32,000 bases of DNA from an uncultured bacterium (GCA_964640155.1 CAZXEQ010000001.1:1-32000); one strand, 5' to 3'. Shown: positions 9,301 through 14,560, counted from the stretch's first letter. Notes: generated from the letters alone by a model not told the origin. Numbers and translations: made by a program.

Positions 9301-12300
9301 CGCTCATCCACTAACTGATTTCTTGGAAGACGCACTCGGTACCACGAGTTAGGACGTAACCCTCGCATTAGAAAATGTTTTGTGGTTGTTTGACCAGAAG
9401 CATCAAAACGCGCATTAAAATTGACTCTCATATTGACAGGTTCGCTGCTTCCAGGGGTCATAACTTCTCCACGTGCATTGAGAACTTCATTAATGCCTTC
9501 CAAAAACACCCAGAACACAACGTCATTACCTGTTACCATAAGATCATTTGAAATATTGCGTCCCGCAGCGTTTACTGCCGTAAAAGGGAAAGCCATAACC
9601 GCATATTCTGGCATGTTTTGAGTATTACCATTACGATCTAAATCCCATGTATACCCAATAGCTCTCTCACCAGATCTACGTCCTTCTACAGGAGTTGGTG
9701 ATACCACACTCAATACAAGGCCACTTCCTCCTGTCGCAGAAGTTGCTGAAAGCGCATTCGTCACAAAAGTTGGCATGCCTTCTGCGGTTTGAGTAACTTC
9801 AGCATCTACGGCTAATAAAGAAGGCGGAACACCACATGCCTCCATCAAGATTGCTCCCGCAAGACCTATAGGGGCTGCAACAGATTTAAGCAACATACCT
9901 AAAGCAAAAATGACTGAAATAAATCGACTTCCAAGAAGACCGGAATAATGACGAATCGTTGCAACTCTTTCTCTTAACCTGCGTTCATAGTTAATTGAGG
10001 CACTTGGTCTTCTTGGTTCAAGACCTTTATCTTGTAGTCTTTGAATTAAACGGAAAAAAGTTTGTTCTGTAACTTCCCCTCGCTGACCTCTCACACGAAC
10101 GTCAGATTTATCTTTAAAAGAAACAATAACTTCATAATCATTTCTGTTCGCAGCAGGAATAAATTGAATTTGGTCAATCGTTCGATAAAACTCAGGATAT
10201 TCGTTCCTTAATACTTGATGAAGTCGAGACAACCTGGCTTCTTCATCCAAAAATAGTGGTGGAGCTTGTCCTACAAAAACACTCAACTCTTGTAATAATT
10301 GAGTCCGTGCGGCGTCTCCTAAGTTTAAACCTTTGTCTTCTAGAGCCTCTAAGATAACTCCCCAAAATTGACTGGTAATTAAACCCCCTTCTCTATCCAC
10401 TCCAAGATTTTTAAACACTGTTGTTCCATCAGAAAGACGAATTTGGACGACCCCAACTTCATTCGAACCTGCTCTTACACCATCAGGAAATAAACCATAG
10501 TTTGTAATACGCAAATAAAAAGCAGGATCATTTGCTCGAATGCTGTCTATCACTCTCTGAAGCGCAACAATAACATCATCCCCTTTTTGACCTTGAGATA
10601 AACCAGCTCCAGCCACAGAAGATGAAGATCTAGAGAAAAAATAATCATCAGCAACTACCCTTTCTAAATTAGATCTTTGACGATGTGCAGCTTCATTTTC
10701 CTGCCTTCTATGTTCTCTAGCAAAGTGAATGAACCCTGCGAATAAACCAATGCTCGCCAAAACTATTACAATAATGGCTGCCCATCGACTTGTTCCAGAA
10801 GGCGGACGTATGGATTGAGCAATTAAAGATTTTAACTCTCTTACTCTTTGAGCGAGTTTTCTTTCATAAAGTTCTTCATTTTTATTTATATCTTCCGGTG
10901 TTTTTGTGGGGCCAAAACGAACGTGTTTTACAAGTTCATCTAACTGACGATCCATACCATCTTGTGTCATGCGTCTAGCTTCAACTTCTATTCTTAATCT
11001 TGCTTTTTCTGCTTCATAATCTTTCACCGACCCCACTGCAATAGCACCTAATTTCAATTGCTTACCTTCGCTATTGGGTGCCGTAGCCTGAATCAAAGCC
11101 CATTCAAACTTGACCACAGGAACATAAATCGTTTTTCCATTTCTGAAATAGGTTTGTACCTTAACGCTGACAATAGGATCAATCTTGCTTTTGGCTTGAG
11201 CAGCCTTTTGAGCTAACTCTTCTTGAACCTCTTTCGTTTTTCCTTCTCTACGCAGCTTAAGAAGTTTTTGAACATCGTCCTCACTTAAACCTACGTATCT
11301 AGCGATGGCAGGAATATCTTGAAAAAAAGTATTCGTATTCATCCAAGGCACAGTTGCAGAGTTCACATCTGATGGAAGTTGTGGATCTTCTACTCCTACT
11401 AATGTCCCATTTTGTGCTAAAAGAGATCCACCTTTTTGACCTTCAGGTCGAGAAGCAACCTCCATGACAGACTCAACACCATGCTCTTTATTCATCTCCA
11501 CAAAAATCCCTAACATCACCCAAAAATCTTCGTCAATATTCGAAACAGCATTATCCACATTCATAACATAAACAAATTTTCTATCCTGTTCAAGAAGGTC
11601 TAGCAAAGTACCACTACGAACAAGATCTGCAATCCAGTCAAAATGATTCTGAACATAAGTAATAGGTTTGCCTTCCGGATCTCTTGCTGTTTCAGCAGGA
11701 TGGGCATTTGCATAAGCTAAAATTTGTTCATATTGATCAATAGTGTCTTGAAGAGTTCGACGCCCATCATCGCTCAAAGATTCTCCACCTTCAAGTCGAG
11801 CACGTGCCTTTTTTGCATCTTTCGCATAAGAACTATTTTCAATATCTGCAACAGTTGGAACACCTGCTTGCGCACCTCCTTGAGTGAATAAGCGAAGTTC
11901 TTCTGGACTCCATCCAAAATTTCCATGACGAGCTAAATAATCTCTCGCAGGTTCATCGGTATTCGGTCCAGTCATTAAAAGAGGAAGAAGACCACTGTCT
12001 CTCTCTCCCATCACTTGCATCAAAAACAGTTCAAGAAAGGTATAGGCTCTTCCATCAATGACAATAGCTGGCACTTGAGCTTTTGCAATAATTTTAGAAA
12101 GGTCTTCACGGTCTGTTTCAGGAAGAGCATCAAAAAGGGGTTTAAAACGCGGATCCGCACGCATGGCCTGTACTTTCATACGTGAAGCATCTCCACCAAC
12201 CATCATGGCTGCTACAGCCTCTTTGGAATGAGCACGACCCAGAGCTTCATAGCGTGCACGATCTTCTGAAGATAATGTGCGAATATCTTTAATAAGAGAA

Positions 12301-14492
12301 TGCTCTTGAACAGGCTGAACTCGCTCAACTTTTTTAGTTTTAAGCTTTCCGCGAAGATAGGCCTCATAGGCTGGATCTCTACCTTCTTGTCCAGTAGCTG
12401 GAGCATTTTTTTGAGCATCAAATTCAGCTGCAGCCACCAAACGACTCGAAAGAGCTTCTAATGTTAATGGTTCACCATCTTTTGCTTGAACGATCAATCC
12501 TCTTCGTTCACCATTAACAATAATTTCAACAAAATATCTTCCCCCTATTAGCTCAGGCTTGTGCACTTCAATTTGAGATTCTGCTTTACTTATCACACTA
12601 GCGATAGTTTTACTTAATTTTTCTTTCCATAGAGCCAAAAGTCTTTGCCAATCCTTATTAGATGTCACAGAAAGAAATTGGAGAACCACAATATCTAAAA
12701 GAGATGCGGCTTCAAGAGACTCTAGTTTTCTAGCAATAAGTTCTGCATCTGCACCAGCATCTCTTACCACTCCTGGATCTTGCCCCATACTTAGAGGAGC
12801 AACAACACTATGCGTCTTGGAAGAAACATCCTTTGTATGTTTTACATCTGTATTCCTAGTAACTGGGGGCTGATAACTAGGGGCTGATGCATGCGTCACT
12901 ATTTCCTTTAAAAGCACATTTTCTAATTCGCTTCTCTCATCTTCCATGATGCTGCGATAAGGAGTTTTAACTTTCAGATCTGTGACTTTGGGAGTGACGA
13001 TGACATAAGAGATGCCTTGTTGTTTAAGCTTTTCAGCCATGCCTTCGGTGTGAAAGCCTCCGGCGAGCAAAACTGTGGTTTGTGATTTATGGTTCAATGT
13101 GTTTTTCACCATCACTTCATCACGTTTTTCAGCCACTTCATAAAATTTCTTTAATTGAGCAATATCTTTAGAAACTTTATCTAATGTTTCTAAGCCATTC
13201 GCATCAATTTTATATTTTTTAGCTAAAGCTTGAATGCTTTCGTGAATCTTTTTCCCATCAACTTGCTTTTTACCTTCCTGATAAAGATTCCAATCGACGC
13301 GTCTCAATTCTAAACGATAGAAAGTCTCAATAAATTCTATTTTTTCTTGCAACTGATGGATTTCTTTTTCTTCCTGAGTCTTTTCTAAACTTTCACGAAC
13401 TCTTGATTCCCATTGTCCAATTTCTTTCAAAAGCTGATCTTTGGCTATCGCATCAAATAATTTAACATACGAGATGTAATTTTTAAAATTCTTCTCTGTG
13501 TTAATGTTTTCTTTCTTCTCTTCTATTTTGCTTGAGAGATAAGCATAAAATTGTGCGGGTTCAATTTTTTCTAAGCGCAAATACAAACTTTGCGTCAAAA
13601 ATTCGGCACGTTCTTCTTTAGACATTTTTGGAAGCAAGCGCTCCATGACTTTGGCTTGCTCTTTTTGGATTTGATTAAAATCTATAACTTTTGAGATCTT
13701 TTCAGCTTGAATGTATTGACCGATATTTTTCAAATCATCTGTATTGATTTTTTTTACTTTGCTTTGCTTTTGCAAATATTCCAAATATTCGGCTAATCCC
13801 TTTCCCCCTTTTTCATAGTCTTCACGGAATTTTGAGTATTCTTTTAACTCTAAGTTAAAAACTTTTTCTCTTAATTCTTTTAAGACTTTTTCAGCTTTCT
13901 CAAACATTCCTTCAGATTGGTCTCTTAAATTTAAAGACTTGTCATACCAGTGCACATTCTGTAAATACAATCCCATCTCTTCTGCACCTTGAATATTTAA
14001 TGGCTGATCTTTCACGATCGATAAGTATTCGGCACCATTGATTTTTCCTTTTCTCATGTAATACAGGGCTAATTCTTTTTTCATCGCTGGATCAGGGAAG
14101 GAAGTCAAAAGAGACGTATCAACATTTCCGCTGGCACCTTCGACATTGACCACTTTAAGACCATGTCCTTCATGTTTCTTGAACAAATCTTCTAAAATTC
14201 TGGCTTCATTGGATTGAGCTTCAAAGTGACAGTGCATATCTTGAAGTTGAATAACAATGGGATTTCCTGCCTTACCTTGAAATTTTGATTGGATTTGACC
14301 AAATTTGGCTGGGATTTTGATGTCTTTAACACTTAGCGGAGTCTGATCTTGTGCGTTTTTAGACACACTTTTAGACTGAATTGGGTCTATTTCTAAGCCT
14401 TGAACAGGTAAACTAGTGATTAAAAAGGTAAATGCTGTAAGAAATGAGATGAATTTTCTCAAAGGTTTATTCTTGAAAGTTGACTGCCCCAT
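1..14492 (-). CDS. Second giant ORF, 3'-partial (4,830 codons inside the window), missing from the ORF track; exported or membrane multi-domain protein with UDPGP-like region, 4 tandem repeats and at least 3 beta-domain + HExxH modules
   Basis: Reverse-complement reading from ATG at 14492 (cat at 14490-14492 on +) gives MGQSTFKNKPLRKFISFLTAFTFLITSLPVQGLEIDPIQSK... There is an in-frame TAA upstream at 14520-14522 and no other start codon between. I translated this frame (minus codons starting at positions with p mod 3 = 2) by hand down to position 3 and met no stop. I made exact codon-by-codon checks at 1-60, 11340-11603, 12180-12218, 14341-14492 and at every motif listed below. The four minus-strand ORFs the track lists here (2665..3057, 6388..6585, 6970..7167, 12212..12421) are all in other frames. 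A stop-closed ORF in this frame would have been listed, so its absence fits an ORF running off the left edge without a stop. Confidence 0.8.
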   Translation of the reverse strand, partial: MGQSTFKNKPLRKFISFLTAFTFLITSLPVQGLEIDPIQSKSVSKNAQDQTPLSVKDIKIPAKFGQIQSKFQGKAGNPIVIQLQDMHCHFEAQSNEARILEDLFKKHEGHGLKVVNVEGASGNVDTSLLTSFPDPAMKKELALYYMRKGKINGAEYLSIVKDQPLNIQGAEEMGLYLQNVHWYDKSLNLRDQSEGMFEKAEKVLKELREKVFNLELKEYSKFREDYEKGGKGLAEYLEYLQKQSKVKKINTDDLKNIGQYIQAEKISKVIDFNQIQKEQAKVMERLLPKMSKEERAEFLTQSLYLRLEKIEPAQFYAYLSSKIEEKKENINTEKNFKNYISYVKLFDAIAKDQLLKEIGQWESRVRESLEKTQEEKEIHQLQEKIEFIETFYRLELRRVDWNLYQEGKKQVDGKKIHESIQALAKKYKIDANGLETLDKVSKDIAQLKKFYEVAEKRDEVMVKNTLNHKSQTTVLLAGGFHTEGMAEKLKQQGISYVIVTPKVTDLKVKTPYRSIMEDERSELENVLLKEIVTHASAPSYQPPVTRNTDVKHTKDVSSKTHSVVAPLSMGQDPGVVRDAGADAELIARKLESLEAASLLDIVVLQFLSVTSNKDWQRLLALWKEKLSKTIASVISKAESQIEVHKPELIGGRYFVEIIVNGERRGLIVQAKDGEPLTLEALSSRLVAAAEFDAQKNAPATGQEGRDPAYEAYLRGKLKTKKVERVQPVQEHSLIKDIRTLSSEDRARYEALGRAHSKEAVAAMMVGGDASRMKVQAMRADPRFKPLFDALPETDREDLSKIIAKAQVPAIVIDGRAYTFLELFLMQVMGERDSGLLPLLMTGPNTDEPARDYLARHGNFGWSPEELRLFTQGGAQAGVPTVADIENSSYAKDAKKARARLEGGESLSDDGRRTLQDTIDQYEQILAYANAHPAETARDPEGKPITYVQNHFDWIADLVRSGTLLDLLEQDRKFVYVMNVDNAVSNIDEDFWVMLGIFVEMNKEHGVESVMEVASRPEGQKGGSLLAQNGTLVGVEDPQLPSDVNSATVPWMNTNTFFQDIPAIARYVGLSEDDVQKLLKLRREGKTKEVQEELAQKAAQAKSKIDPIVSVKVQTYFRNGKTIYVPVVKFEWALIQATAPNSEGKQLKLGAIAVGSVKDYEAEKARLRIEVEARRMTQDGMDRQLDELVKHVRFGPTKTPEDINKNEELYERKLAQRVRELKSLIAQSIRPPSGTSRWAAIIVIVLASIGLFAGFIHFAREHRRQENEAAHRQRSNLERVVADDYFFSRSSSSVAGAGLSQGQKGDDVIVALQRVIDSIRANDPAFYLRITNYGLFPDGVRAGSNEVGVVQIRLSDGTTVFKNLGVDREGGLITSQFWGVILEALEDKGLNLGDAARTQLLQELSVFVGQAPPLFLDEEARLSRLHQVLRNEYPEFYRTIDQIQFIPAANRNDYEVIVSFKDKSDVRVRGQRGEVTEQTFFRLIQRLQDKGLEPRRPSASINYERRLRERVATIRHYSGLLGSRFISVIFALGMLLKSVAAPIGLAGAILMEACGVPPSLLAVDAEVTQTAEGMPTFVTNALSATSATGGSGLVLSVVSPTPVEGRRSGERAIGYTWDLDRNGNTQNMPEYAVMAFPFTAVNAAGRNISNDLMVTGNDVVFWVFLEGINEVLNARGEVMTPGSSEPVNMRVNFNARFDASGQTTTKHFLMRGLRPNSWYRVRLPRNQLVDERGRDLVTAASELTLEEPSNHPSFRARRGRMRVVGIKSTQTANVVSLTVQQDNGTGPAPTQIAGLGNPTRTSSSDVVVTNIDANAEPIRVADGASIQWDWTLNGGEYAAVGQSLEGTAEMTAQNIRRAVTASGGVLRRYVKTDTAQIIYFQITLRDGRIGKFRIELQANTTPNSSNRIEIREEDLRRVFPVPSGQSPVRWEDVRNIGAVAESAGGSSAHGVVYMSKLMVDTTIRVNASADGVDDFYGVESENAFGTVDVSTGRPLVTVEENIVTDRDPHGTEMYTRQVRYSGVSRNRYAAFLTELNAEGKAAFLSDAQWTSGLKDRRGNLSGYTLRAELEIGGMKYQADVEVSNMRGTMWGVPVVNRMELITQLAARMGRSVSEVEGLIRNNPFRLMRVIEGRHITDGSDIVDVGMSGPKRLTISDFYASNTLRGMESASGEIDYYGVRTSGVFSSSAVTVTDSVIDARAEGVMSSGEQYVRRLVATGVTGGLSFGYSEELDDAGKTAFLADSTWVSGINDLTGNLRGYTLQAELEYRDAMGVLRTRQAQIDIPRRVGMNAVGFAPVDRNMLLQRLALATGVDRTTLEGMIRIGVFRLQRKVAGSQLTSGTEVRVALIGAKRLTITDFNASNPLRVTASADGTEDFYGVTTESAFGTTGVVTVAENVVTDREAHGPVMYTRRLRYTGVMGGAFAGFSSELNAAGKTAFLADSTWTSGLRDTRGNLNGYTLKAELVIGTATYQATVEVTNGRATMWGVPVVDRMELINRLAAAMGRTPAEVPALINANTFRLIRVIEGRHITDGSGTVEVALSGPKALTITDFNASNPLRVTASADGTEDFYGVTTESAFGTMGVVTVAENVVTDREAHGTVMYTRRLRYTGVSGGAFAGFSSELSAAGKTAFLSDSTWSSGLRDTRGNLNGYTLKAELVVGGATYQATVEVTNGRATMWGVPVVDRMELINRLAAAMGRPASEVPALINANTFRLIRVIEGRHIPDGSGLVEVALSGPKALTVADLPLASPTFPVTNVVDGPIDFRPGVTVETVGYGGGSGIGSWSTAPLSRSASSVSGVTTSRLVWNASGTVTRGMAGSKMITVYRIPAGAARNFTTGTAVTGQLHIGIGNVTNVARVTYQLQDGSGRIVTGVAPVTVTPGMFGRGEILVSSLPSGFSASNIAQIEVQVGGDQVTSGTSPTVSVALQIDALAIPPIAPALISVAGARSISGSTTSGTATSPTFFSGAYLVAGGLDGATASVTSIGGRAYRFSGMVPLGTSTAVAYLSVYRATPIDATGLSAINFQFVPTLLNGFSVVFQDSRGVYVFRPGTFGSGTWNSSIATSTLMAAGSDRMYQVIQYQVRPSDINPAGGGRFEIDLTGLGPTPIRTGKKEIGEVGYQSEPTGMGRISEGKYTGFQEERLGEAWEAVIAKYPGMRNVETGIGIYSDGDTIARVINPGYIGIDDDLLRNNKRTGRPYSNSVLASVMGHEAIDHGTYGEVLPILWSLDDFSRKTEEERRIFIEEMGSEEGFVKLLVENSERSLDEQFKAVMRFIQTSQSINEQERERVRGVESRKAEVFRALSQITGVSVSAVTSISPRTKGAMALLIAATLTFVGCFGPLREEGVAAETGVDAEAAVSDSGLEEVTDGPPPIPIRGTSPLTGQTSRRQETPATYFPGTSVRITTLGGARARLISEGDHYRVEGQMPVSQDAGISSGAGVYITISMGDMPMDARSLPGDQMNIRFRQTGLRDLFLALEDFERRSKGDSRYYHSTTLPLTEGVWTQELSMGMVRDSGGSGQFRTIQIQIPAQNVLDSGRFSFDLMSLCHVRTQTPDAGVSDAFVDQSASDVRLPVDMPAIPDAMPPADISVVDASAPIEVVSGDIPTVDEGVDAPVSDVAAIDATTTDAGVFTDTTSMDSYSPDVATPIDALRSPDVPVPPDAALDVATDRGPEVRVDVPQDTRVDVAPPAPELIPVTVALRLEGQTVSGLRMPTYFSNSYFTPAGVGGAIVRTSRWIGPNTYRFEGTVVVGDGNSVAYLSALSPTGMDATGLTGDVMNVRFYATFVDSFRAFLRDNRGQVGLFIPGVFGSGAWNFLLYGTNPTTVMGSGWRTAGLSGRFQVIQIQISGADVNPSGGGRFELDINGLVSGGPTPIRTGKIKVGAGYQSEPTGMGRIREGKYTGFQEGRLGAAWAEVIEKYPGMRNVDTGIGIYSDGDTIARVINLGYIGIDDDLLKDNRRTGRPYSNSVIASVMGHEAIDHGTYGEVLPILWSLDDFRRKTAEEKRVFVEEMGEEEGFVKLLVENSERSLDEQFEAVMRFIEASQSINDQERERVRGVESRKEEVFRALSQITGGQAVSAPNLVIDIVAKNLRRPVSQASIGGTWLTLLIGGIGNFFKQISTFKKGSPFKGLQEGLNELQNRLTKTIFKIGRPNLFWRTLGGVSNRVMGVVAILAVFIGVSCGLSHPTAVPRADAGADVTDAAVDVVLPTDVLDAGSPDATPDIISPDMPFPVDRGPDARPDVGIDVPMDARPEDVPVSMDVPRPDADVTPMDIPRVDMPSPDAGPDVVRMDASIDVRDVEDVPPTEVGVDASGEDVPDVMPPAPLLISVAGARSVSGSTRSGPAPSPTFFPGTYLSVGGLDGATASVTSIGGRAYRFSGNVPLGTSTAVAYLSVYRATPIDATGLSAINFQFVPTLLNGFSVVFQDSRGVYIFRPGTFGSGTWNSSIATSTLMAAGSDRMYQVIQYQVRPSDINPAGGGRFEIDLTGLGPTPIRTGKKEIGEVGYQSEPTGMGRISEGKYTGFQEERLGEAWEAVIAKYPGMRNVETGIGIYSDGDTIARVINPGYIGIDDDLLRNNKRTGRPYSNSVLASVMGHEAIDHGTYGEVLPILWSLDDFRRKTEEERRIFIEEMGGEEGFVKLLVENSDRSLDEQFKAVMRFIQTSQSINAQERERVRGVESRKEEVFRALSQITGVSVSEMTSIAPRTKGAMALLIAATLTFVGCFYGDYHQDADASADDSSGVADKAVVLPDITETGMPSDDVPVPLDTPKIPDILPVDDRGMPSVDVPVRPDVPSDTARVDAVTPDVPMGDVVISPDVPVRPDVPSDTAR
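324..365 (-). other. Internal lipoprotein-signal-peptide look-alike L3 (M4710 to C4723)
   Basis: RTKGA-MALLIAATLTFVG-C-FYGDYHQDADASADD has the same peptide as L1. It is again followed by an acidic/Pro-rich linker. Confidence 0.5.
693..710 (-). other. HExxH motif (HEAIDH, ORF A aa 4595-4600) of module M3
   Basis: The codon string is the same as in M1 (cac gaa gca ata gat cat). Confidence 0.55.
1521..1949 (-). repeat. Asp/Pro-rich low-complexity linker (PD linker b, 143 aa)
   Basis: The sequence is GLSHPTAVPRADAGADVTDAAVDVVLPTDVLDAGSPDATPDIISPDMPFPVDRGPDARPDVGIDVPMDARPEDVPVSMDVPRPDADVTPMDIPRVDMPSPDAGPDVVRMDASIDVRDVEDVPPTEVGVDASGEDVPDVMPPAP. Confidence 0.8.
1950..1994 (-). other. Internal lipoprotein-signal-peptide look-alike L2 (M4167 to C4181)
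   Basis: The sequence is GGVSNRV-MGVVAILAVFIGVS-C-GLSHP, with an uncharged core and an I-G-V-S-C tail. A weaker hydrophobic stretch, TWLTLLIGGIGNFF, lies upstream at about 2143-2190. Confidence 0.45.
2265..3424 (-). repeat. Module copy M2 (diverged): J domain about 2886-3424, HEAIDH zincin-like domain about 2265-2885
   Basis: The zincin part is visibly similar to M1 and M3 at nucleotide level (compare 2356..2556 with 496..696 and 4654..4854 in the track). The offsets are 2,298 and 1,860 bp, both multiples of 3. The J part is conserved mainly at protein level. Confidence 0.8.
2553..2570 (-). other. HExxH motif (HEAIDH, ORF A aa 3975-3980) of module M2
   Basis: cat gaa gca ata gat cat, in the context NSVIASVMGHEAIDHGTYGEVLPILWSLDDFRRKTAEEKR. 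Confidence 0.55.
3425..3838 (-). repeat. Asp/Pro/Val/Ala-rich low-complexity linker (PD linker a)
   Basis: The sequence is TQTPDAGVSDAFVDQSASDVRLPVDMPAIPDAMPPADISVVDASAPIEVVSGDIPTVDEGVDAPVSDVAAIDATTTDAGVF...SPDVPVPPDAALDVATDRGPEVRVDVPQDTRVDVAPPAP. Confidence 0.8.
3842..4365 (-). other. Orphan beta jelly-roll-like domain J0 (homologous to the J domains of M1-M3 but with no zincin partner)
   Basis: J0 reads TYFPGTSVRITTLGGARARLISEGDHYRVEGQ...GDQMNIRFRQTGLRDLFLALEDF...GQFRTIQIQIPAQNVLDSGRFSFDLMSL. The M2 J domain reads TYFSNSYFTPAG...YRFEGT...VMNVRFYATFVDSFRAFLRDN...GRFQVIQIQISGADVNPSGGGRFELDINGL. The two align over these pieces. Confidence 0.4.
4482..4523 (-). other. Internal lipoprotein-signal-peptide look-alike L1 (M3324 to C3337)
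   Basis: The sequence is SPRTKGA-MALLIAATLTFVG-C-FGP. It has a basic n-region, an uncharged hydrophobic core and a T-F-V-G-C tail that fits the lipobox pattern. It is followed by an acidic/Pro-rich tether. Confidence 0.5.
4851..4868 (-). other. HExxH motif (HEAIDH, ORF A aa 3209-3214) of module M1
   Basis: cac gaa gca ata gat cat, read from + gtg/ttc/tgc/tat/atc/atg triplets. The context is NSVLASVMGHEAIDHGTYGEVLPILWSLDDFSRKTEEERR, with acidic residues 20-28 aa downstream as a possible third ligand. Confidence 0.55.
5685..6250 (-). other. Gly/Thr/Val-rich beta-type (Ig-like?) spacer domain of ORF A
   Basis: The sequence is VDGPIDFRPGVTVETVGYGGGSGIGSW...KMITVYRIPAGAARNFTTGTAVTGQLHIGIGNVTNVARVTYQLQDGSGRIVTGVAPVTVTPG...IAQIEVQVGGDQVTSGTSPTVSVALQ. 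It alternates hydrophobic and polar residues. I did not recognise a family. Confidence 0.3.
6251..8597 (-). repeat. Four in-frame tandem repeats of an unassigned 194-201-aa domain (R1 8597-7998, R2 7997-7395, R3 7394-6813, R4 6812-about 6251)
   Basis: R3 and R4 are offset by exactly 582 bp. The track's shadow ORFs 6562..6786 and 7144..7368 show the same offset. The shared protein pattern is ASADGTEDFYGV..TDREAHG.VMYTRRLRYTGV..AGKTAFL.DSTW.SGLRDTRGNLNGYTLKAEL..YQATVEVTNGRATMWGVPVVDRMELINRLAAAMGR..FRLIRVIEGRHI.DGSG.VEVALSGPKALTI.DFNASNPLRVT. R1 and R2 are clearly homologous but diverged, with lengths of 200 and 201 aa. Confidence 0.9.
9837..9923 (-). other. Second hydrophobic/TM segment of ORF A (about aa 1524-1552)
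   Basis: The sequence is GSR-FISVIFALGMLLKSVAAPIGLAGAILMEACG-VPP. It is preceded by the basic stretch RRLRERVATIRHYSGLLGSR. Confidence 0.55.
10008..10575 (-). repeat. Weak internal duplication (two units of about 75-85 aa) between the two TM helices of ORF A
   Basis: Unit a (about 10320-10575): DPAFYLRITNYGLFPDG..VGVVQIRLSDGTTVF..REGGLITSQFWGVILEALEDKGLNLG. Unit b (about 10008-10232): YPEFYRTIDQIQFIPAA..YEVIVSFKDKSDVRV..QRGEVTEQTFFRLIQRLQDKGLEP. Shared pattern: FY-R-I, beta-like V-V, Q-F---L--L-DKGL. Confidence 0.35.
10716..10784 (-). other. Transmembrane helix (ORF A aa 1237-1259)
   Basis: The sequence is SGTSR-WAAIIVIVLASIGLFAGFIHF-AREHRRQE. It has 23 uncharged hydrophobic residues flanked by basic residues. 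Confidence 0.6.
11090..12275 (-). other. UDPGP-family (UTP-glucose/GlcNAc-1-phosphate uridylyltransferase-like) domain inside ORF A, about aa 740-1135
   Basis: Four motifs occur in the family order:
- AVAAMMVGGDASRMK (12180-12218), compare the glycine loop GGxGT[SR][ML]G
- AIVIDGRAYTFLELFLMQV
- FVYVMNVDNAVSNIDEDFW (11520-11576), compare NxDNLG
- VMEVASRPEGQKGGSLL (11418-11468), compare EVTxKxxxDxKGGTL
A fifth piece, VPWMNTNTFF (11322-11351), compares with FNTNNxW. The codon-by-codon translation of 11340-11603 was verified. Confidence 0.5.
13044..14249 (-). other. Possible Tiki/TraB/ChaN-like motif pair (very tentative)
   Basis: The N-terminal motif IQLQDMHCHFEAQSNEARILEDL has H87 and H89 at 14226-14234. 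The distal motif TTVLLAGGFHTEGMAEKLKQQGISYVIV has H481 at 13050-13052. This recalls the GxxH...Q and GxGH...G motif pair of that superfamily. The spacing (about 390 aa) is longer than I would expect. Confidence 0.2.
14397..14492 (-). other. N-terminal signal peptide or signal anchor of ORF A
   Basis: MGQSTFKNKPLRKFISFLTAFTFLITSLPVQG/LEIDP has a basic n-region (K,K,R,K) and an uncharged hydrophobic core of about 18 residues. Small residues precede a possible cleavage point. Confidence 0.6.
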
Positions 14493-14500
14493 GTTTATAA

Positions 14501-14506
14501 CCTCTT
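14501..14506 (-). promoter_or_regulatory. Shine-Dalgarno sequence of the 14492 ORF
   Basis: The minus strand reads AAAAGAGGTTATAAAC-ATG. AAGAGG (cctctt on +) lies 8 nt upstream of the ATG. Confidence 0.6.
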
Positions 14507-14560
14507 TTATTTGAATAAGTTATATCATCATCAGCCACTAAAAAAGCTTTTAACATACAT

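Noticed and set aside
1-14492. Alternative genetic code or a non-coding/pseudogene region as the explanation for the lack of long ORFs in the track
   Set aside because: The minus-strand frame is open with the standard code and encodes sensible domains, so no reassignment is needed. The gap in the track is explained by the ORF lacking a stop within the window.
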